Shown here in pieces: positions 40,398 to 51,034 of a stretch of DNA of 64,000 nucleotides. How positions within the stretch are numbered: the first letter of the stretch is position 1; each line of letters begins with the position of its first letter. The position numbers were made by a program, and so were the translations under genes. The notes under the pieces were generated by a model. It was not told the origin of the DNA. It worked only from the letters and a program-made list of their open reading frames with translations, and did no database searches. Origin of the DNA: an uncultured delta proteobacterium (GTDB taxonomy: Bacteria > Myxococcota_A > Polyangia > Fen-1088); contig CAVWIP010000003.1 in NCBI GenBank assembly GCA_963755125.1, forward strand, positions 19,344 through 83,343. The letters are read 5' to 3'.

Positions 40398-42158
40398 TCA
40401 GGGCACTGGCTGCACCTGCTCTCCAGACAGGACAAACCCACTCCCGAGTCTTCCGCTTACTCTGAGTCGCAGTTTGGGATTGAAACTTGGCGCATTAGGC
40501 AGAGAGGCATTCCCAACCTGGTTGCCGTCCAAAGGGACAACCACCTTGACACCAGATTCCGTTGTCATCACCTTCGTTTCCCGCGCCGTCAGCGGTCCCG
40601 TGTCATTGAGCCGTCGGTGAACGATGTCTCCAGGATTCAAGAGCGACGTCAATATGATTGTTGATCCGACTATGACAACATAGAGCGTTGTTTCGCTATT
40701 GACGACGCTAAACGCAACCGCTAAGGTCCCAATTCCAAGCACCCAGAATGCAGAACCAGCGAACCTGGGGTCCGGAGCGGTCACCAGGCAGAAGACAATC
40801 GCCGCAACTGGCGCAAGAAGAACCAACCATGCGAACGGTGCCATCGTCGCAAACCCTCTCTTCATCGCGACAATCACAACGCCGCAAAATGCGAGCGAAA
40901 GAGGCATGACCACGTTGCTCCTGTCTCTGAGAACCTCAATTGCCCATGGTTTTATCCATGTGAAGTTGTGCAGAGAATCCCGAAAGTGATCGCCGGGCAT
41001 TCGTGCCCATCCGACAATTGCGTCACGCGTCTCATCGAGCATTCGCGGCGTGAGTTTCCATTCCACCGGGAACGCGCCATATTGCAACGGGAAGAGCGGG
41101 TACCCTGTCAAAACCACTCCCCGTCCCATCCACAGGAGCAAGACTGATACGAAAAGAATGCAACTGAAACGGATCTTCCATCTACTTATGCTTCCGAAGA
41201 CCTTCAGGCGTCCAGCTGCCACAGTTGCGACACCAGCTGCGACACCGCCATACACGGCAAAATTCAGCTTGACCGTGATCCCGATCACGCCCAGGAAGCA
41301 GATGCAGAAAACCGAGTAAGCTATCTTGTCCGGATTTCCGTTCGCGGCACCGAAACAGCCATTGTCTTGCTCTGTTTCTGGAGAGCGTCCTAAGAGGAGC
41401 GAGATGAGTTCCGATGCAATCACGATACCAAGAAGAAAAACGCACGTGTCAGGTGTCGGGCTTGAACAATAGGCTGCGTCCACGGACTTGGCGATGACGG
41501 GAACGCAAGACATCGCACTGAAGGCAGCCCACGGGCTGGGGTTTGCCTTTGGGGAGAGCAGGTTAAGGATAGCGTACAGACTCGTTGCTAGGGACCAGAA
41601 GAGGAGGAGTGCTGATGCAATATGGTGGTATTTCTCCGTGAAAGGTCCGTTGTTCAGCATCGCTGCGTAGAGGAAGTACGACTGGTTGAATCCCAGCCGG
41701 TCGTGAAGCAATCCCAATCCGGGAACTACGGGGTAGCTTGAGGCCCATTTGATGGATGGGATGTGATACAGGAAGCTGTCATACATTCCTGGCGGTCTAG
41801 TCGTCTGATACGCGAGGAAGATCGTAGAAACGAACAGAAGGGGAATGAGGCGCCGGATAGTCCGTGCCTGTATTGTCGCCAGGGACATGACGTCTCCTGC
41901 ATTGGACACAACCCCTAGTACGCCTAGTGCGGATATCAGAAGTAACGCGCCACCGTTGACCGGAAGGAGCAAATGCCAGGCCTGAAGAAGGGCTAGCGTC
42001 GCCGCAAACCCCACCCATGGCCCCGTCAGGAGGTCCTTGATCATGGTGACTCGAAGACCAAAGGCCCTTTGAACGGAGAGTCCTATGCCTTGAAAGACCG
42101 TGGTAAGGAAGATCAGGCCTAGGCAAACCCAGAACATTGAAGCCAGCAAAGGATTCAT
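40398..42158 (-). CDS. Polytopic membrane protein, possible GT-C glycosyltransferase
   Basis: Many hydrophobic segments; YDSFLYH..SIKW...PGL..LHDRLGFN, SPTPD, APDPRF; visibly lower GC than flanks. Confidence 0.65.
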   Translation of the reverse strand: MNPLLASMFWVCLGLIFLTTVFQGIGLSVQRAFGLRVTMIKDLLTGPWVGFAATLALLQAWHLLLPVNGGALLLISALGVLGVVSNAGDVMSLATIQARTIRRLIPLLFVSTIFLAYQTTRPPGMYDSFLYHIPSIKWASSYPVVPGLGLLHDRLGFNQSYFLYAAMLNNGPFTEKYHHIASALLLFWSLATSLYAILNLLSPKANPSPWAAFSAMSCVPVIAKSVDAAYCSSPTPDTCVFLLGIVIASELISLLLGRSPETEQDNGCFGAANGNPDKIAYSVFCICFLGVIGITVKLNFAVYGGVAAGVATVAAGRLKVFGSISRWKIRFSCILFVSVLLLWMGRGVVLTGYPLFPLQYGAFPVEWKLTPRMLDETRDAIVGWARMPGDHFRDSLHNFTWIKPWAIEVLRDRSNVVMPLSLAFCGVVIVAMKRGFATMAPFAWLVLLAPVAAIVFCLVTAPDPRFAGSAFWVLGIGTLAVAFSVVNSETTLYVVIVGSTIILTSLLNPGDIVHRRLNDTGPLTARETKVMTTESGVKVVVPLDGNQVGNASLPNAPSFNPKLRLRVSGRLGSGFVLSGEQVQPVP

Positions 42159-42231
42159 GCTTTACCTTCTGTTTTCGGTTGATCATGGAATGGTAGGCGC
42201 GAGTTCGGCTCCGGTTGAAGCACCGGAGCGC

Positions 42232-43332
42232 CTACACTCTGCCGCGAATGACATCCTCAATGACATCGCGAAAGAGCCTGGCCGTTTCAGCCAGGGTGTA
42301 TCGCCGAACCAACTCGCGGTTCATCACTGCATGGGTATGGAAAAGGTGCGGGTCCACGAAGTACTGCTCGATCGCGTCCACGAAGCTTTCGACCTGGGGA
42401 TCCCGACTAAAACCGTTGCGTCCATCCTCGATCAGCTTACCGAAGCCCTGAATCCGGTTGCTCACCACCATGCCCATCCCCGACGCCATGCCTTCCACGA
42501 TGGTGAAGTTCCCCACGCTGAAACGCGCTGGAAGCACCATGATGTCGGCGGCATCGTAAACCTGGGGCAAGGCATCCCAGCTCGCAATATTGTCCAGAAA
42601 CGCCACGCACGCGGACAGCCCGAGCGCAGCTATTCTCGCCTCGCATGCCTGGCGCAGTGGTCCCGACGCGTTCATCTTCATGCGAGCCTCCGCGTGCCTT
42701 CGCTGGACCTCCGCAAAGACCTCGATCGCCAGGAGTGGATCGTAAAGCTCGACAAGCCGGTTGGGGAAAAGGATCTCGCGGCGCGCACCCCGGGGCCGAG
42801 GGAGATGATGAAAGTAGCCGTCGATATCAGCCGGATAGTTGGCCGACGCGACGTGCGGAAAGCGATACTCGTTTCGAAACTGAACGGCCCCTTCCTCGGA
42901 TGAAGTCAAGATGCAGTCGAGGCCCGCATAGAACGTCCGCAACAGTGCCGCCATGGCATCGACGCCACGGGGCTCACCCTGCGGGGTTCTGCGCAGCTCG
43001 GTGAACGCCAGAACCCGCTTGCACCGTGACTTGGCCCAGAGATAGGCGACCGCGTTCGACAGAAGCGTGAGACCGCCAAGCAGGACGACATCCGGATCGA
43101 AACGTTCGAGTTCGCGAACGATGTCGAACGAAAGATAGTGCTGGCTCCTCGTGAACACGACGTGTTCCAAGATCCGGTTGTGCGGACCGAGGGGAATTCG
43201 CCACCATGCAGGCCGGTTGGCTTCCAGCCGAACGTGATACCAGAACTGGGCGTCGTAATGTTCCCGCAGCGCCTGGCAGAATTTCACCTGATAGGGCGCG
43301 GCCATGTTGGAAACGAAAACCAGCCGGCGCAT
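42232..43332 (-). CDS. Glycosyltransferase family 4
   Basis: SNMAAPY, YDAADIMVLPA, TIVEGMASG, DGRNG. Confidence 0.85.
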   Translation of the reverse strand: MRRLVFVSNMAAPYQVKFCQALREHYDAQFWYHVRLEANRPAWWRIPLGPHNRILEHVVFTRSQHYLSFDIVRELERFDPDVVLLGGLTLLSNAVAYLWAKSRCKRVLAFTELRRTPQGEPRGVDAMAALLRTFYAGLDCILTSSEEGAVQFRNEYRFPHVASANYPADIDGYFHHLPRPRGARREILFPNRLVELYDPLLAIEVFAEVQRRHAEARMKMNASGPLRQACEARIAALGLSACVAFLDNIASWDALPQVYDAADIMVLPARFSVGNFTIVEGMASGMGMVVSNRIQGFGKLIEDGRNGFSRDPQVESFVDAIEQYFVDPHLFHTHAVMNRELVRRYTLAETARLFRDVIEDVIRGRV

Positions 43333-43339
43333 TTCTGTA

Positions 43340-44533
43340 CTACGCCTTTCCCAGACGACGCGCGACGGCCTCGCGGTTCTCGGCCGCGAACCGAAGCAGA
43401 TCGCAGATCTCCTCCACCTGCGCCGGTGTGACGTTGGGGCCAGTGGGCAGGGACAGCACGCGCTTCACCAGCCGCTGGGTGGCAGGCAAGCGAAGACCCG
43501 CACCGGGCAAGGTCGATCGATAAGGCTCCATCTGGTGGCAGCCGGGATAAAAATATCGGCGCGCAAGCACGTTCTCGGCCTGCAGAATGTGCTGAACGTC
43601 GTCGCGCGAAAGGCGGGCAAAGTCGACTTCCAGAATCACGTACTGGTAGTTTCGCTTCTCGCGCGCGTCGTACGGGTAAAGGCGCAGCCCTTCAACCCCC
43701 GCAAGCCGGTCGCGATAGATGCAGTAGTTCGTCCGATTGCAGTCGATGAACGCATCGATGCTCTCCAGCGACGTCAATCCCATGGCGGCGCAGATCTCCG
43801 TCATCTTGCCGTTGGTTCCCAGCGAGTCGACCTGGTCGTAGCCCGAGAAACCAAAGTTGCGCATCAGGCGCGATTTCGTGGCTATCTCATCGTTGTTGGT
43901 GGTGATGACCCCGCCCTCGAACGAGTTCAGGAACTTGGTCGCGTGAAAGCTGAACACCTCCACGTCTCCCTCGCCGCCCAGCATTCGCCCCTTGTAGCTG
44001 CAGCCGAACGCATGGGCCGAATCGTAGATCGTGCGCAGACGGTGGCGGCCGGCGATGGCCTGTATCTCGTCGACGGGACAGGGCTCGCCCCAGACGTGAA
44101 CCCCGACGATGCCCGATGTCCGCGACGTGATGAGCGGTTCGATGTGCGCAGGATCCAGCGAGTGCGAACGCTCGTCGATGTCGCAGAACACGGGAACGAC
44201 GTTGAGCCACTGCAAGGCGTGCGCGGTGGCCACGAAGGTGAATGAAGGGACGATGACCTCGCCGGTCAGGCCCAGTGCATGGGCGGCGATCTCCAGACCG
44301 ACCGTCGCATTGCAGACCGCGACGCAGTGACGAACACCGAGATAAGCGGCCAGCGCCTGCTCGAACGCGCGAACGTAGGGGCCATCGTTGGAAAACCACC
44401 GCCGGTCCAGCATGTCCTCGAATCGCTCGATCAGCTTCTGCCGGTCGCCGATATTGGGCCGGCCGACGTGCAGCGGGTTCTCGAAGGCCGCCGCGCCGCC
44501 AAAGATCGCCAGATCCTCAACCGATTTCTTCAT
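43340..44533 (-). CDS. DegT/DnrJ/EryC1/StrS sugar aminotransferase (VioA/DesI-like)
   Basis: HVGRPN, SFTFVATAHA, DSAHAFG, SFHATK, GTNGKMTE, RRYFYP. Confidence 0.93.
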   Translation of the reverse strand: MKKSVEDLAIFGGAAAFENPLHVGRPNIGDRQKLIERFEDMLDRRWFSNDGPYVRAFEQALAAYLGVRHCVAVCNATVGLEIAAHALGLTGEVIVPSFTFVATAHALQWLNVVPVFCDIDERSHSLDPAHIEPLITSRTSGIVGVHVWGEPCPVDEIQAIAGRHRLRTIYDSAHAFGCSYKGRMLGGEGDVEVFSFHATKFLNSFEGGVITTNNDEIATKSRLMRNFGFSGYDQVDSLGTNGKMTEICAAMGLTSLESIDAFIDCNRTNYCIYRDRLAGVEGLRLYPYDAREKRNYQYVILEVDFARLSRDDVQHILQAENVLARRYFYPGCHQMEPYRSTLPGAGLRLPATQRLVKRVLSLPTGPNVTPAQVEEICDLLRFAAENREAVARRLGKA

Positions 44534-44537
44534 GGCA

Positions 44538-45197
44538 CTAGCGAGACCTGACCACGCGCGCAGGGGCGCCAAATGCGACCACGCGCGCAGGGATGTTGTG
44601 GGTGACCACGGAGCCGGCGCCGACAATGCTGCCCTCGTCCACTTCACGGCCCTCCAGCACAAGGGCGCCCATGCCGATCCATGTTTCCGCGCCAACCTTC
44701 ACACCGCCGGCAAGATGGGCGCCCGGGGAAACATGCACGGCATCGCCGAGCACACAGTCGTGGTCCACGGTGGCTCCGGTATTGATGATCACGTTCTTGC
44801 CAAGCGTGACACCGGGGTTCACAACGGCGCCCGCAGCGACGACCGTTCCCTGCCCAACCGTCGCATCCTGCGCCACCGTGCTCCCCGGATGAACAGCGGT
44901 GGCCAGGGTGAAACCCGCTTGCTCCATTTCGCGCCCTAGCCGGCACCTCGCGTGGTTGTCCCCAAAGGCGAGGATGGCATGGCGGACGCCCTCTGCCAGC
45001 AAGCGAGGTAGTTCTTCCCGTCCACCGAGCACTTCCGCCGAACAGAACTGCGTGCCCTTGCGATCGGGGTTCACGTCGTCGAGAAAACCGACGATCTCGA
45101 AGTCCTCGCCGCAACGAACGATGTCAGCAACGACACGCGCGTGCCCGGAACTTCCCCAGATTGCTAGCGGGGTTCGCACGTCGGCACGATACCACAC
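44538..45197 (-). CDS. NeuD/PglD-type sugar acetyltransferase
   Basis: GSSGHARVV, GFLDD, hexapeptide repeats (INTGATVDHDC, IGMGA, GAGSVV, GAPAR). Confidence 0.9.
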   Translation of the reverse strand: MWYRADVRTPLAIWGSSGHARVVADIVRCGEDFEIVGFLDDVNPDRKGTQFCSAEVLGGREELPRLLAEGVRHAILAFGDNHARCRLGREMEQAGFTLATAVHPGSTVAQDATVGQGTVVAAGAVVNPGVTLGKNVIINTGATVDHDCVLGDAVHVSPGAHLAGGVKVGAETWIGMGALVLEGREVDEGSIVGAGSVVTHNIPARVVAFGAPARVVRSR

Positions 45198-45244
45198 GTG
45201 CCGCGCGCCGGGGACCGTGGCACGCCCCCTTCGGCCGGCGCAAG

Positions 45245-46325
45245 TCAGCGCTCGCTGAGCCGCTCGACCACCGCGACGACCTGCCGCGCCCGCGAGATCA
45301 CGTCGTGCCCGTCCGCAAGCAGCCGCTTGTGCCCGTTGCGCGCGATCTCCTCGCGCTCGCTGTCATGCTGCAGATAGTACCGGATCTTGTCCACAAGCTC
45401 GTCCTGCGACCTGAAGAACTCAGCCTGCTTGCCTTCCTCGAACAACGAGGCGAGGTCTGGTGTGTGTTCACTGAGCATGAAGGTCCGCGTGGCTGGGATC
45501 TGGAAGTTACGGCGAGTATACGAATCGCCGTTCAACTTCGACAGGAAGCACAGGGCAATCTTGGTTCCTGAAATCGCCATCCGGTATTCCGCACCAACCA
45601 CGGGGCTGACCGGAAAGAATCGCGCAAGCGGGCTTCCCGGTCGCAGGCGCGTGCGCGCCACCGCCCAACTTCCCCCGAACAGATTCATCCTCACCGGCAA
45701 GCTTGCCACCTGTTCCAAAAACTCCAGCCTCGCATCGGGTTCGTAGTGCCCGGCGAAGAGCACATCCGATCTCAGGTGATCATGGACCGCGTCCGGTTCC
45801 TGCCGGTAGTCGTCCGCGGGAATGTAGTATGAGCGCAGCAGGTGCACGTTGCGCCCGCCATACGCCGTGACGTCGGCGATGTTGCTGTGCCGGTAAGCGA
45901 AATGCGCGTCGTAAATCGGGATGGAATCCTTCAGGTGGCGCCACAGCAGCTTGTCCGCGCCCGCGCTGAAGGGGTTGTCGTTGCAATACTGAACCAAAAG
46001 CGTCCGTGGCAGCGTCTGTTTGAGAATCTTGAGGGTAGCCGGCAGCACGTGCGTTCCGTTGTACGCGAACACGAAGTCCGGTCTGAAGGACCGGGCTTGA
46101 TCGATCAGTTGCTGGTTGAAGCCCAACGTGATCGGGCCCATGACCAGAACGATCGTCGATGCGGTGGAAGACGCTCTTGTAGGTCGGCTCGCGCGTGTTC
46201 AGGTCCTTCTTGAACAGGCTGCCCCATCCGACACCCGCGACCTCGTGGCCAAGCTGCCTCAACGCCTCGGCGAAGGCGTCCTCGTACCATCTCCACAGCC
46301 AGGCACCGACGACGAGAATCTTCAT
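45245..46325 (-). pseudogene. CgeB/DUF3880-like glycosyltransferase, frameshifted near 46149
   Basis: MKILVVG...LGHEV N-terminus in one frame, FAGHYE..R, RRNFQIPA...MLSE..D...F.EG in another; removing one T restores DDRLVMGPI. Confidence 0.8.
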
Positions 46326-46445
46326 GATGTCGGGAAAGTCCTATCAGGGCGCCGGCGCCAACTCAACCGCGGTGGCATGAGCGCGCAAGCCTGCCCTGTG
46401 GACGAACATGGGTGGCTGCGATAGCTTCTCTGCGAAAGGAAGGCA

Positions 46446-47684
46446 TTGCTCCGCTCGCTGATAAAGACCGCCCTGCTGAAGACCAGCATCGGTGATCGCT
46501 GCTACACCAGCGTGCAGGAGCGCTGGTTCGAGGTGACCTATCGCCGACGGCGCGAGATTTACCGACAGTTGGTGGCATCCGACCCCGACGCTCACCGGCC
46601 CGAGGCTCACGTCGCGCGGGCGCGCGCCAAGATCGCCGGCCGGGGCTACACGCCCGTGCGGCGGCGCGAGGGCGAGATCCACACCTTCGCCTATGTGCCA
46701 TCGCACTGGTCCCATCAAAACCAGATCACGGCCGCCCTTCGCCACCTGGGCCCGGTCACGCGATTCGACTACGAGTCGCGCGGCATTGAGCTGGCCTCGC
46801 TGCGCACCTCCGGCCCCAACCACCGTGAGCTGCGCCAGCGCCTCTTCAAGGATCTTCTGGAAGAAATACGCCGCGCGCAGCGCGAGCGACCGCTGGACTG
46901 GTTCTTCAGCTACGCCGTGGGGTGGGACATGACCGCCGAGCTTGTGCGTCGGATCCAGGAAGAGTTCGGGATCCCCACGGTCAACATCTCGCTCGACGAC
47001 AAGAACTGGTGGGACGTCATCGAGCGGCGCGATCCGGCCAGCGCCATGAAAGACCTCGTGCCCAGCTATGACCTGGGCTGGACCTCGGCCAGCGCCGTGC
47101 TGCCGTGGTACTGGGCACTGGGCGGCCAGGCGCTGTTTCTGCCCGCCGGGGTCAACTCGGACTGGTTCGCCCCGGTCGATGTCGAACAGGACGTCGATGT
47201 CGGCTTCGTGGGAAACCGCTTCGGCTACCGTCCGCAGATCCTGGCTGCCCTTCGCAAGGCCGGCATCTCGGTGCAAGTGCACGGCAACAACTGGCCCGGG
47301 GGCATGCTCAGCGACGAAGACATGCGCCGGTTCTTCAGCCGCTGTCGCATCAATCTGGGTTTGGGCGACATGCACTTCTCGCGCTGGATGACCAATCTCA
47401 AGGGGCGCGACTTCGAGGTGCCGTCGACCGGGCGCGGGCTGTACCTGACCGCCTACAATGCCGATCTCAGCAACTACTTCGCCATCGGGCGCGAGATCCA
47501 GTGCTACCGAGGCACCGACGAATTGATCGAGCTGCTTTGGCACTACCTGCAAAATCGTGACGAGGCACGTGAGATGGCCCGACAGGCCCGGCTCCGTTGT
47601 CTCGCCGAGCACCAGTGGATCCACCGGTATCGCTGCGTGCTTGCGCACCTGGGAATCCTCGATGCGAATCCCGTTGCGGGGTGA
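46446..47684 (+). CDS. CgeB-like glycosyltransferase
   Basis: DVGFVG...YR, INLG, KGRDFEVP, YFAIGREI.CY, EHQW..R. Confidence 0.85.
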   Translation: MLRSLIKTALLKTSIGDRCYTSVQERWFEVTYRRRREIYRQLVASDPDAHRPEAHVARARAKIAGRGYTPVRRREGEIHTFAYVPSHWSHQNQITAALRHLGPVTRFDYESRGIELASLRTSGPNHRELRQRLFKDLLEEIRRAQRERPLDWFFSYAVGWDMTAELVRRIQEEFGIPTVNISLDDKNWWDVIERRDPASAMKDLVPSYDLGWTSASAVLPWYWALGGQALFLPAGVNSDWFAPVDVEQDVDVGFVGNRFGYRPQILAALRKAGISVQVHGNNWPGGMLSDEDMRRFFSRCRINLGLGDMHFSRWMTNLKGRDFEVPSTGRGLYLTAYNADLSNYFAIGREIQCYRGTDELIELLWHYLQNRDEAREMARQARLRCLAEHQWIHRYRCVLAHLGILDANPVAG

Positions 47685-47720
47685 CCTGAAGATGCCCCGT
47701 TGGTTGGACATGGGATTCAA

Positions 47721-48917
47721 ATGAGCCACGAACTGCGGAAACAGCTCGACCAGCTACGCGACCGACTGCGGAGCGGGCCTCTTTATCGATATCTTCGCAA
47801 GGTTCCGGCGGCCCGCCAGAGGGCCAGGTTTCGCGATCTGGTTGCGCGTGCCAATGCTCTCCCTCTCGACCTCGATCTGGATGGTTGGCTACGCAAGCAA
47901 CTTGCCGAACGCGCTCCACTCCGTAAAGCTCTCCCCAGCCGCCTTGCCGACGCAACCATCGTTGGCGTGGGCGCCCGCGGTTGGGAACGCCTCGGCCTGT
48001 GGCCCAGTTTTGCGCGGCTGAGCGATTTTCACCTCTTCAGTGACGGCCTCGAGGATGACGTCGCCTACCATTGCAACACCGCCAGCGAGCGGGACGCCAG
48101 AAATCGCCGCCTGCTTGATTTCGTCGCCGATATCGAGCGCACCCGACCGGTCCACATCGTCTTCGTCTACGCCCATTCGCGGAATCTCTCGCCAAGCCTG
48201 ATGCAGCAACTGCACGACCGCGGCTGCTGGACCGTGCTGATGGGCCTGGATGACAAGCACACGTTCTTGCGTGAACAGGTCGGTGATCTTGACGCCGGAG
48301 TCGAAACCATTGCACCCAGCGCGGACCTGTACTGGACGACCTGGCGCACAGGACGTCTGGTTCACTACACCATCGGCTCGCGGGCGTGGCTGGGTGGCTT
48401 CGGGGCTGACCCCGCCTTCTATCATCCATTCCCCGTCGAGAAGGACATCGATGTCCTTTTCCTGGGCGCGGCCTACGGAGCCCGACGTGAGATCATCGAT
48501 GAAATCCGCTCGTGTGGGGTTCGTGTCCAATGTCATGGCTACGGCTGGGAAACCGGGGTCATGCCCTTCGACAACCTGGTCCGCCATTTCTCTCGCGCGC
48601 GTGTGGTTCTGGGCGTGTCCAACGTGGGTTCGATGGACGACGTGACAATCATCAAGGGCCGCGATTTCGAGGTGCCCATGTGTGGCGCTTGCTACCTCAC
48701 CCAGTACGTCGACGAGCTTGCCGATTACTTCGCCATCGGCCGCGATATCCTCTGTTATCATACGGCAAGCCAGGCTGCCGACACGCTCGCATCGCTGCTG
48801 CGGGACGAGCCGCGGCGGCGCGAACTGGCGAAGAACGCCCTTCAGGCGTCCCTCGATCACAACAGCTGGGAGCACAGAATCAGGGCGATGTACGCCATGT
48901 TGACCGGTGGCTCATGA
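47721..48917 (+). CDS. CgeB-like glycosyltransferase
   Basis: DIDVLFLG..YG.R, KGRDFEVPMCG, YFAIGRDI.CY, HNSWEHR. Confidence 0.85.
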   Translation: MSHELRKQLDQLRDRLRSGPLYRYLRKVPAARQRARFRDLVARANALPLDLDLDGWLRKQLAERAPLRKALPSRLADATIVGVGARGWERLGLWPSFARLSDFHLFSDGLEDDVAYHCNTASERDARNRRLLDFVADIERTRPVHIVFVYAHSRNLSPSLMQQLHDRGCWTVLMGLDDKHTFLREQVGDLDAGVETIAPSADLYWTTWRTGRLVHYTIGSRAWLGGFGADPAFYHPFPVEKDIDVLFLGAAYGARREIIDEIRSCGVRVQCHGYGWETGVMPFDNLVRHFSRARVVLGVSNVGSMDDVTIIKGRDFEVPMCGACYLTQYVDELADYFAIGRDILCYHTASQAADTLASLLRDEPRRRELAKNALQASLDHNSWEHRIRAMYAMLTGGS

Positions 48918-49153
48918 ACGCTTCGATCGTCGATCTTCGTTGCCGAACCAAGCAGGTGCTCGCAGCACTTGCTTGGCGCGAGTCCGTGTCTGTCCTGTAC
49001 CACGGCAAGATCAAGGGCACGATTGTCCCTGCGTCGTCCCAGACTCTGCGCAAGGTCACGGACACGCCATTCTTTGGCATGCACAAGCGGGACAGGCGGC
49101 CGGTGAATAGAATCATCGCCGCTCTACGTGGCGGCCGTGCGCGTGCTCTTTGA
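48914..49153 (+). CDS. Phd/YefM-family antitoxin
   Basis: MNASIVDLR..TKQVLAAL...ESVSVLYHGKIKGTIVP...PFFGM pattern; ATGA overlap with upstream GT. Confidence 0.7.
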   Translation: MNASIVDLRCRTKQVLAALAWRESVSVLYHGKIKGTIVPASSQTLRKVTDTPFFGMHKRDRRPVNRIIAALRGGRARAL

Positions 49154-49292
49154 CGTGGACGTTCTCGTCTACTGGCTTCTCCACCTGCGTGGCAATGTCC
49201 CACCGTTCCCAGACCATAGGGAACTCCCAGGCCAGCTTGTGGGTCCTGGCGAGAGTGGATCGAATCTTCTCGCGCTGCTGCGATCTTGCTAG
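49143..49292 (+). pseudogene. Truncated PIN/VapC toxin remnant
   Basis: GTG-LFDVDVLVYWLLHLRGN resembles a VapC N-terminus; overlaps the antitoxin stop; ends after 49 aa without the remaining acidic residues. Confidence 0.55.
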
Positions 49293-49324
49293 CCATGCGA
49301 ATCCCTACTAGACAGGAACACACG

Positions 49325-50044
49325 ATGGGCTCCAAGGTAACCACGCAGGTAGGAGGTTGCGTCAAAGGTGCGCTGGCATTTCTTGATCGCAACAACATCG
49401 TGCGTGACAGGTGCGTACGGGAGTGGGCGCGAAGCCTGCCAGGTGGATCCAGCATCCTCGACGTGGGTGCTGGGGCTGCCAAATACAGGGCACTGTTCAC
49501 CCACTGCCAGTACAAAACTCAGGATCATCCCGCAGTCAGTTATGGCGATGTCGACATACGCAGCGACATTACGAGCATTCCACTGCCAAACGCATCCCTT
49601 GACGCGATCCTGTGCACCGAGGTGCTAGAGCATGTTCCTGACCCCATCGGCGCAGTCCGGGAAATGGCTCGCTTGTTGCGCCCAGATGCCCGACTCCTAC
49701 TGACTGTACCTGCAGCTTGTCGCGTGCACAGCGTTCCGACCCACTTCTGGGGAGGGTTCGCGCCCGATTTCTTTCGTCAAATCCTTCCGCCGTGCGGATT
49801 CGCAGTTGACGAATTGCGCCCACTGGGAAACTGGAGCCAGTACATGGCTCAGGAGCTTGGCAGGTTGCCCCAAGTCGTCCGCGACCACACGGCTCTCCCT
49901 CTTCGCAGATTCCTGTGGGCTCTCTTGTGGCCCACGTTCAGGATCGCCGTACCGCTGGCGTTCCTGGGTTTCTCGCAGGTCGACAAATCTGAAGACCTTC
50001 CGCTTGGATGGATGTGCTTCGCGAGGAGATCTGGTTCCGCGTAG
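49325..50044 (+). CDS. Class I SAM-dependent methyltransferase
   Basis: LDVGAG, DAILCTEVLEHVPDP, LRP...LLTVP. Confidence 0.88.
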   Translation: MGSKVTTQVGGCVKGALAFLDRNNIVRDRCVREWARSLPGGSSILDVGAGAAKYRALFTHCQYKTQDHPAVSYGDVDIRSDITSIPLPNASLDAILCTEVLEHVPDPIGAVREMARLLRPDARLLLTVPAACRVHSVPTHFWGGFAPDFFRQILPPCGFAVDELRPLGNWSQYMAQELGRLPQVVRDHTALPLRRFLWALLWPTFRIAVPLAFLGFSQVDKSEDLPLGWMCFARRSGSA

Positions 50045-50205
50045 TCGCTTGCCCAATTTCGACAGGATGGTGCGGTGCTGACTCACGCATTCTGAGTGGC
50101 TTCGATCAACCACAGCAGGCCGTCATGACTTGCAGGAGGTCACTGCTGACTTGATCCGCAACCCACAATGCGTCGTAAGACCGGCAACGTGCTACGGTAC
50201 CCATC

Positions 50206-50979
50206 ATGAAGAAGAAGATTCAGCGCGTCTACACTCTCTGGAATAGCATGATCACTGCCGATCCCCGTCAGCAGTTGAGAAAGGCGCGCGGTCTTCCGCG
50301 TTTTCTGCGGACCCTGGCACAGTATCGGGCAGCATACACGAATGGGCCGTTCCCGATGGAAGCAGCCAACCTGCATCCGGTGCTTGACGAATTCGACGCA
50401 GAAGCGGGACAGGCCAGCGGTCACTACTTCGTCCAAGATCTGTGGTTTGCTCGCAAGATCTTCCAGCGGCGCCCCGAACGTCACCTCGACATCGGTTCCC
50501 GCCTGGACGGCTTCGTGGCCCACCTGCTGACCTTCATGCCGGTCACTGTGCTAGACGTGCGCCCGCTGACATCGAGTCTTCCAGGGCTGGACTTCGCGCG
50601 TGCGGATGCCACGAGCATGGCGGGCTTTGCTGACGGGAGTGTGGACTCCATTTCGAGTCTTTCCGCCATTGAACATTTCGGGCTCGGTCGCTATGGCGAT
50701 GAGGTGGATCCCGCGGGGTGGCGGAAGGCAATGCTGTCCTTGCAGCGTGTGCTTCGCCCAGATGGCCGACTCTACCTTTCGGTTCCAGTGGGGCGCGAAC
50801 GCCTGTGCTTCAACGCACATCGGATTTTCGCGCCGAAGCGGGTTTTGGACACGCTCGGCGATCTCAAGCTCCTGTCATTTGCGGGCGTAGACGACTCGGG
50901 CCAGTTGCAGGAGCGCATCGTCCCGGACCAGCTTGCTTCGGCGACGTTTGCCTGCGGGTTGTTCGAATTCACTAAATGA
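50206..50979 (+). CDS. DUF268 methyltransferase-like protein
   Basis: HYFVQDLW.A, HLDIGSRLDGFVAH, SLSAIEHFGLGRYGD, FNAHRIF. Confidence 0.85.
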   Translation: MKKKIQRVYTLWNSMITADPRQQLRKARGLPRFLRTLAQYRAAYTNGPFPMEAANLHPVLDEFDAEAGQASGHYFVQDLWFARKIFQRRPERHLDIGSRLDGFVAHLLTFMPVTVLDVRPLTSSLPGLDFARADATSMAGFADGSVDSISSLSAIEHFGLGRYGDEVDPAGWRKAMLSLQRVLRPDGRLYLSVPVGRERLCFNAHRIFAPKRVLDTLGDLKLLSFAGVDDSGQLQERIVPDQLASATFACGLFEFTK

Positions 50980-51034
50980 GGAGACGATTGCCCCCGAATG
51001 ACGAGTTGGCGTCCTCGACCGAGGATCGGAACTC

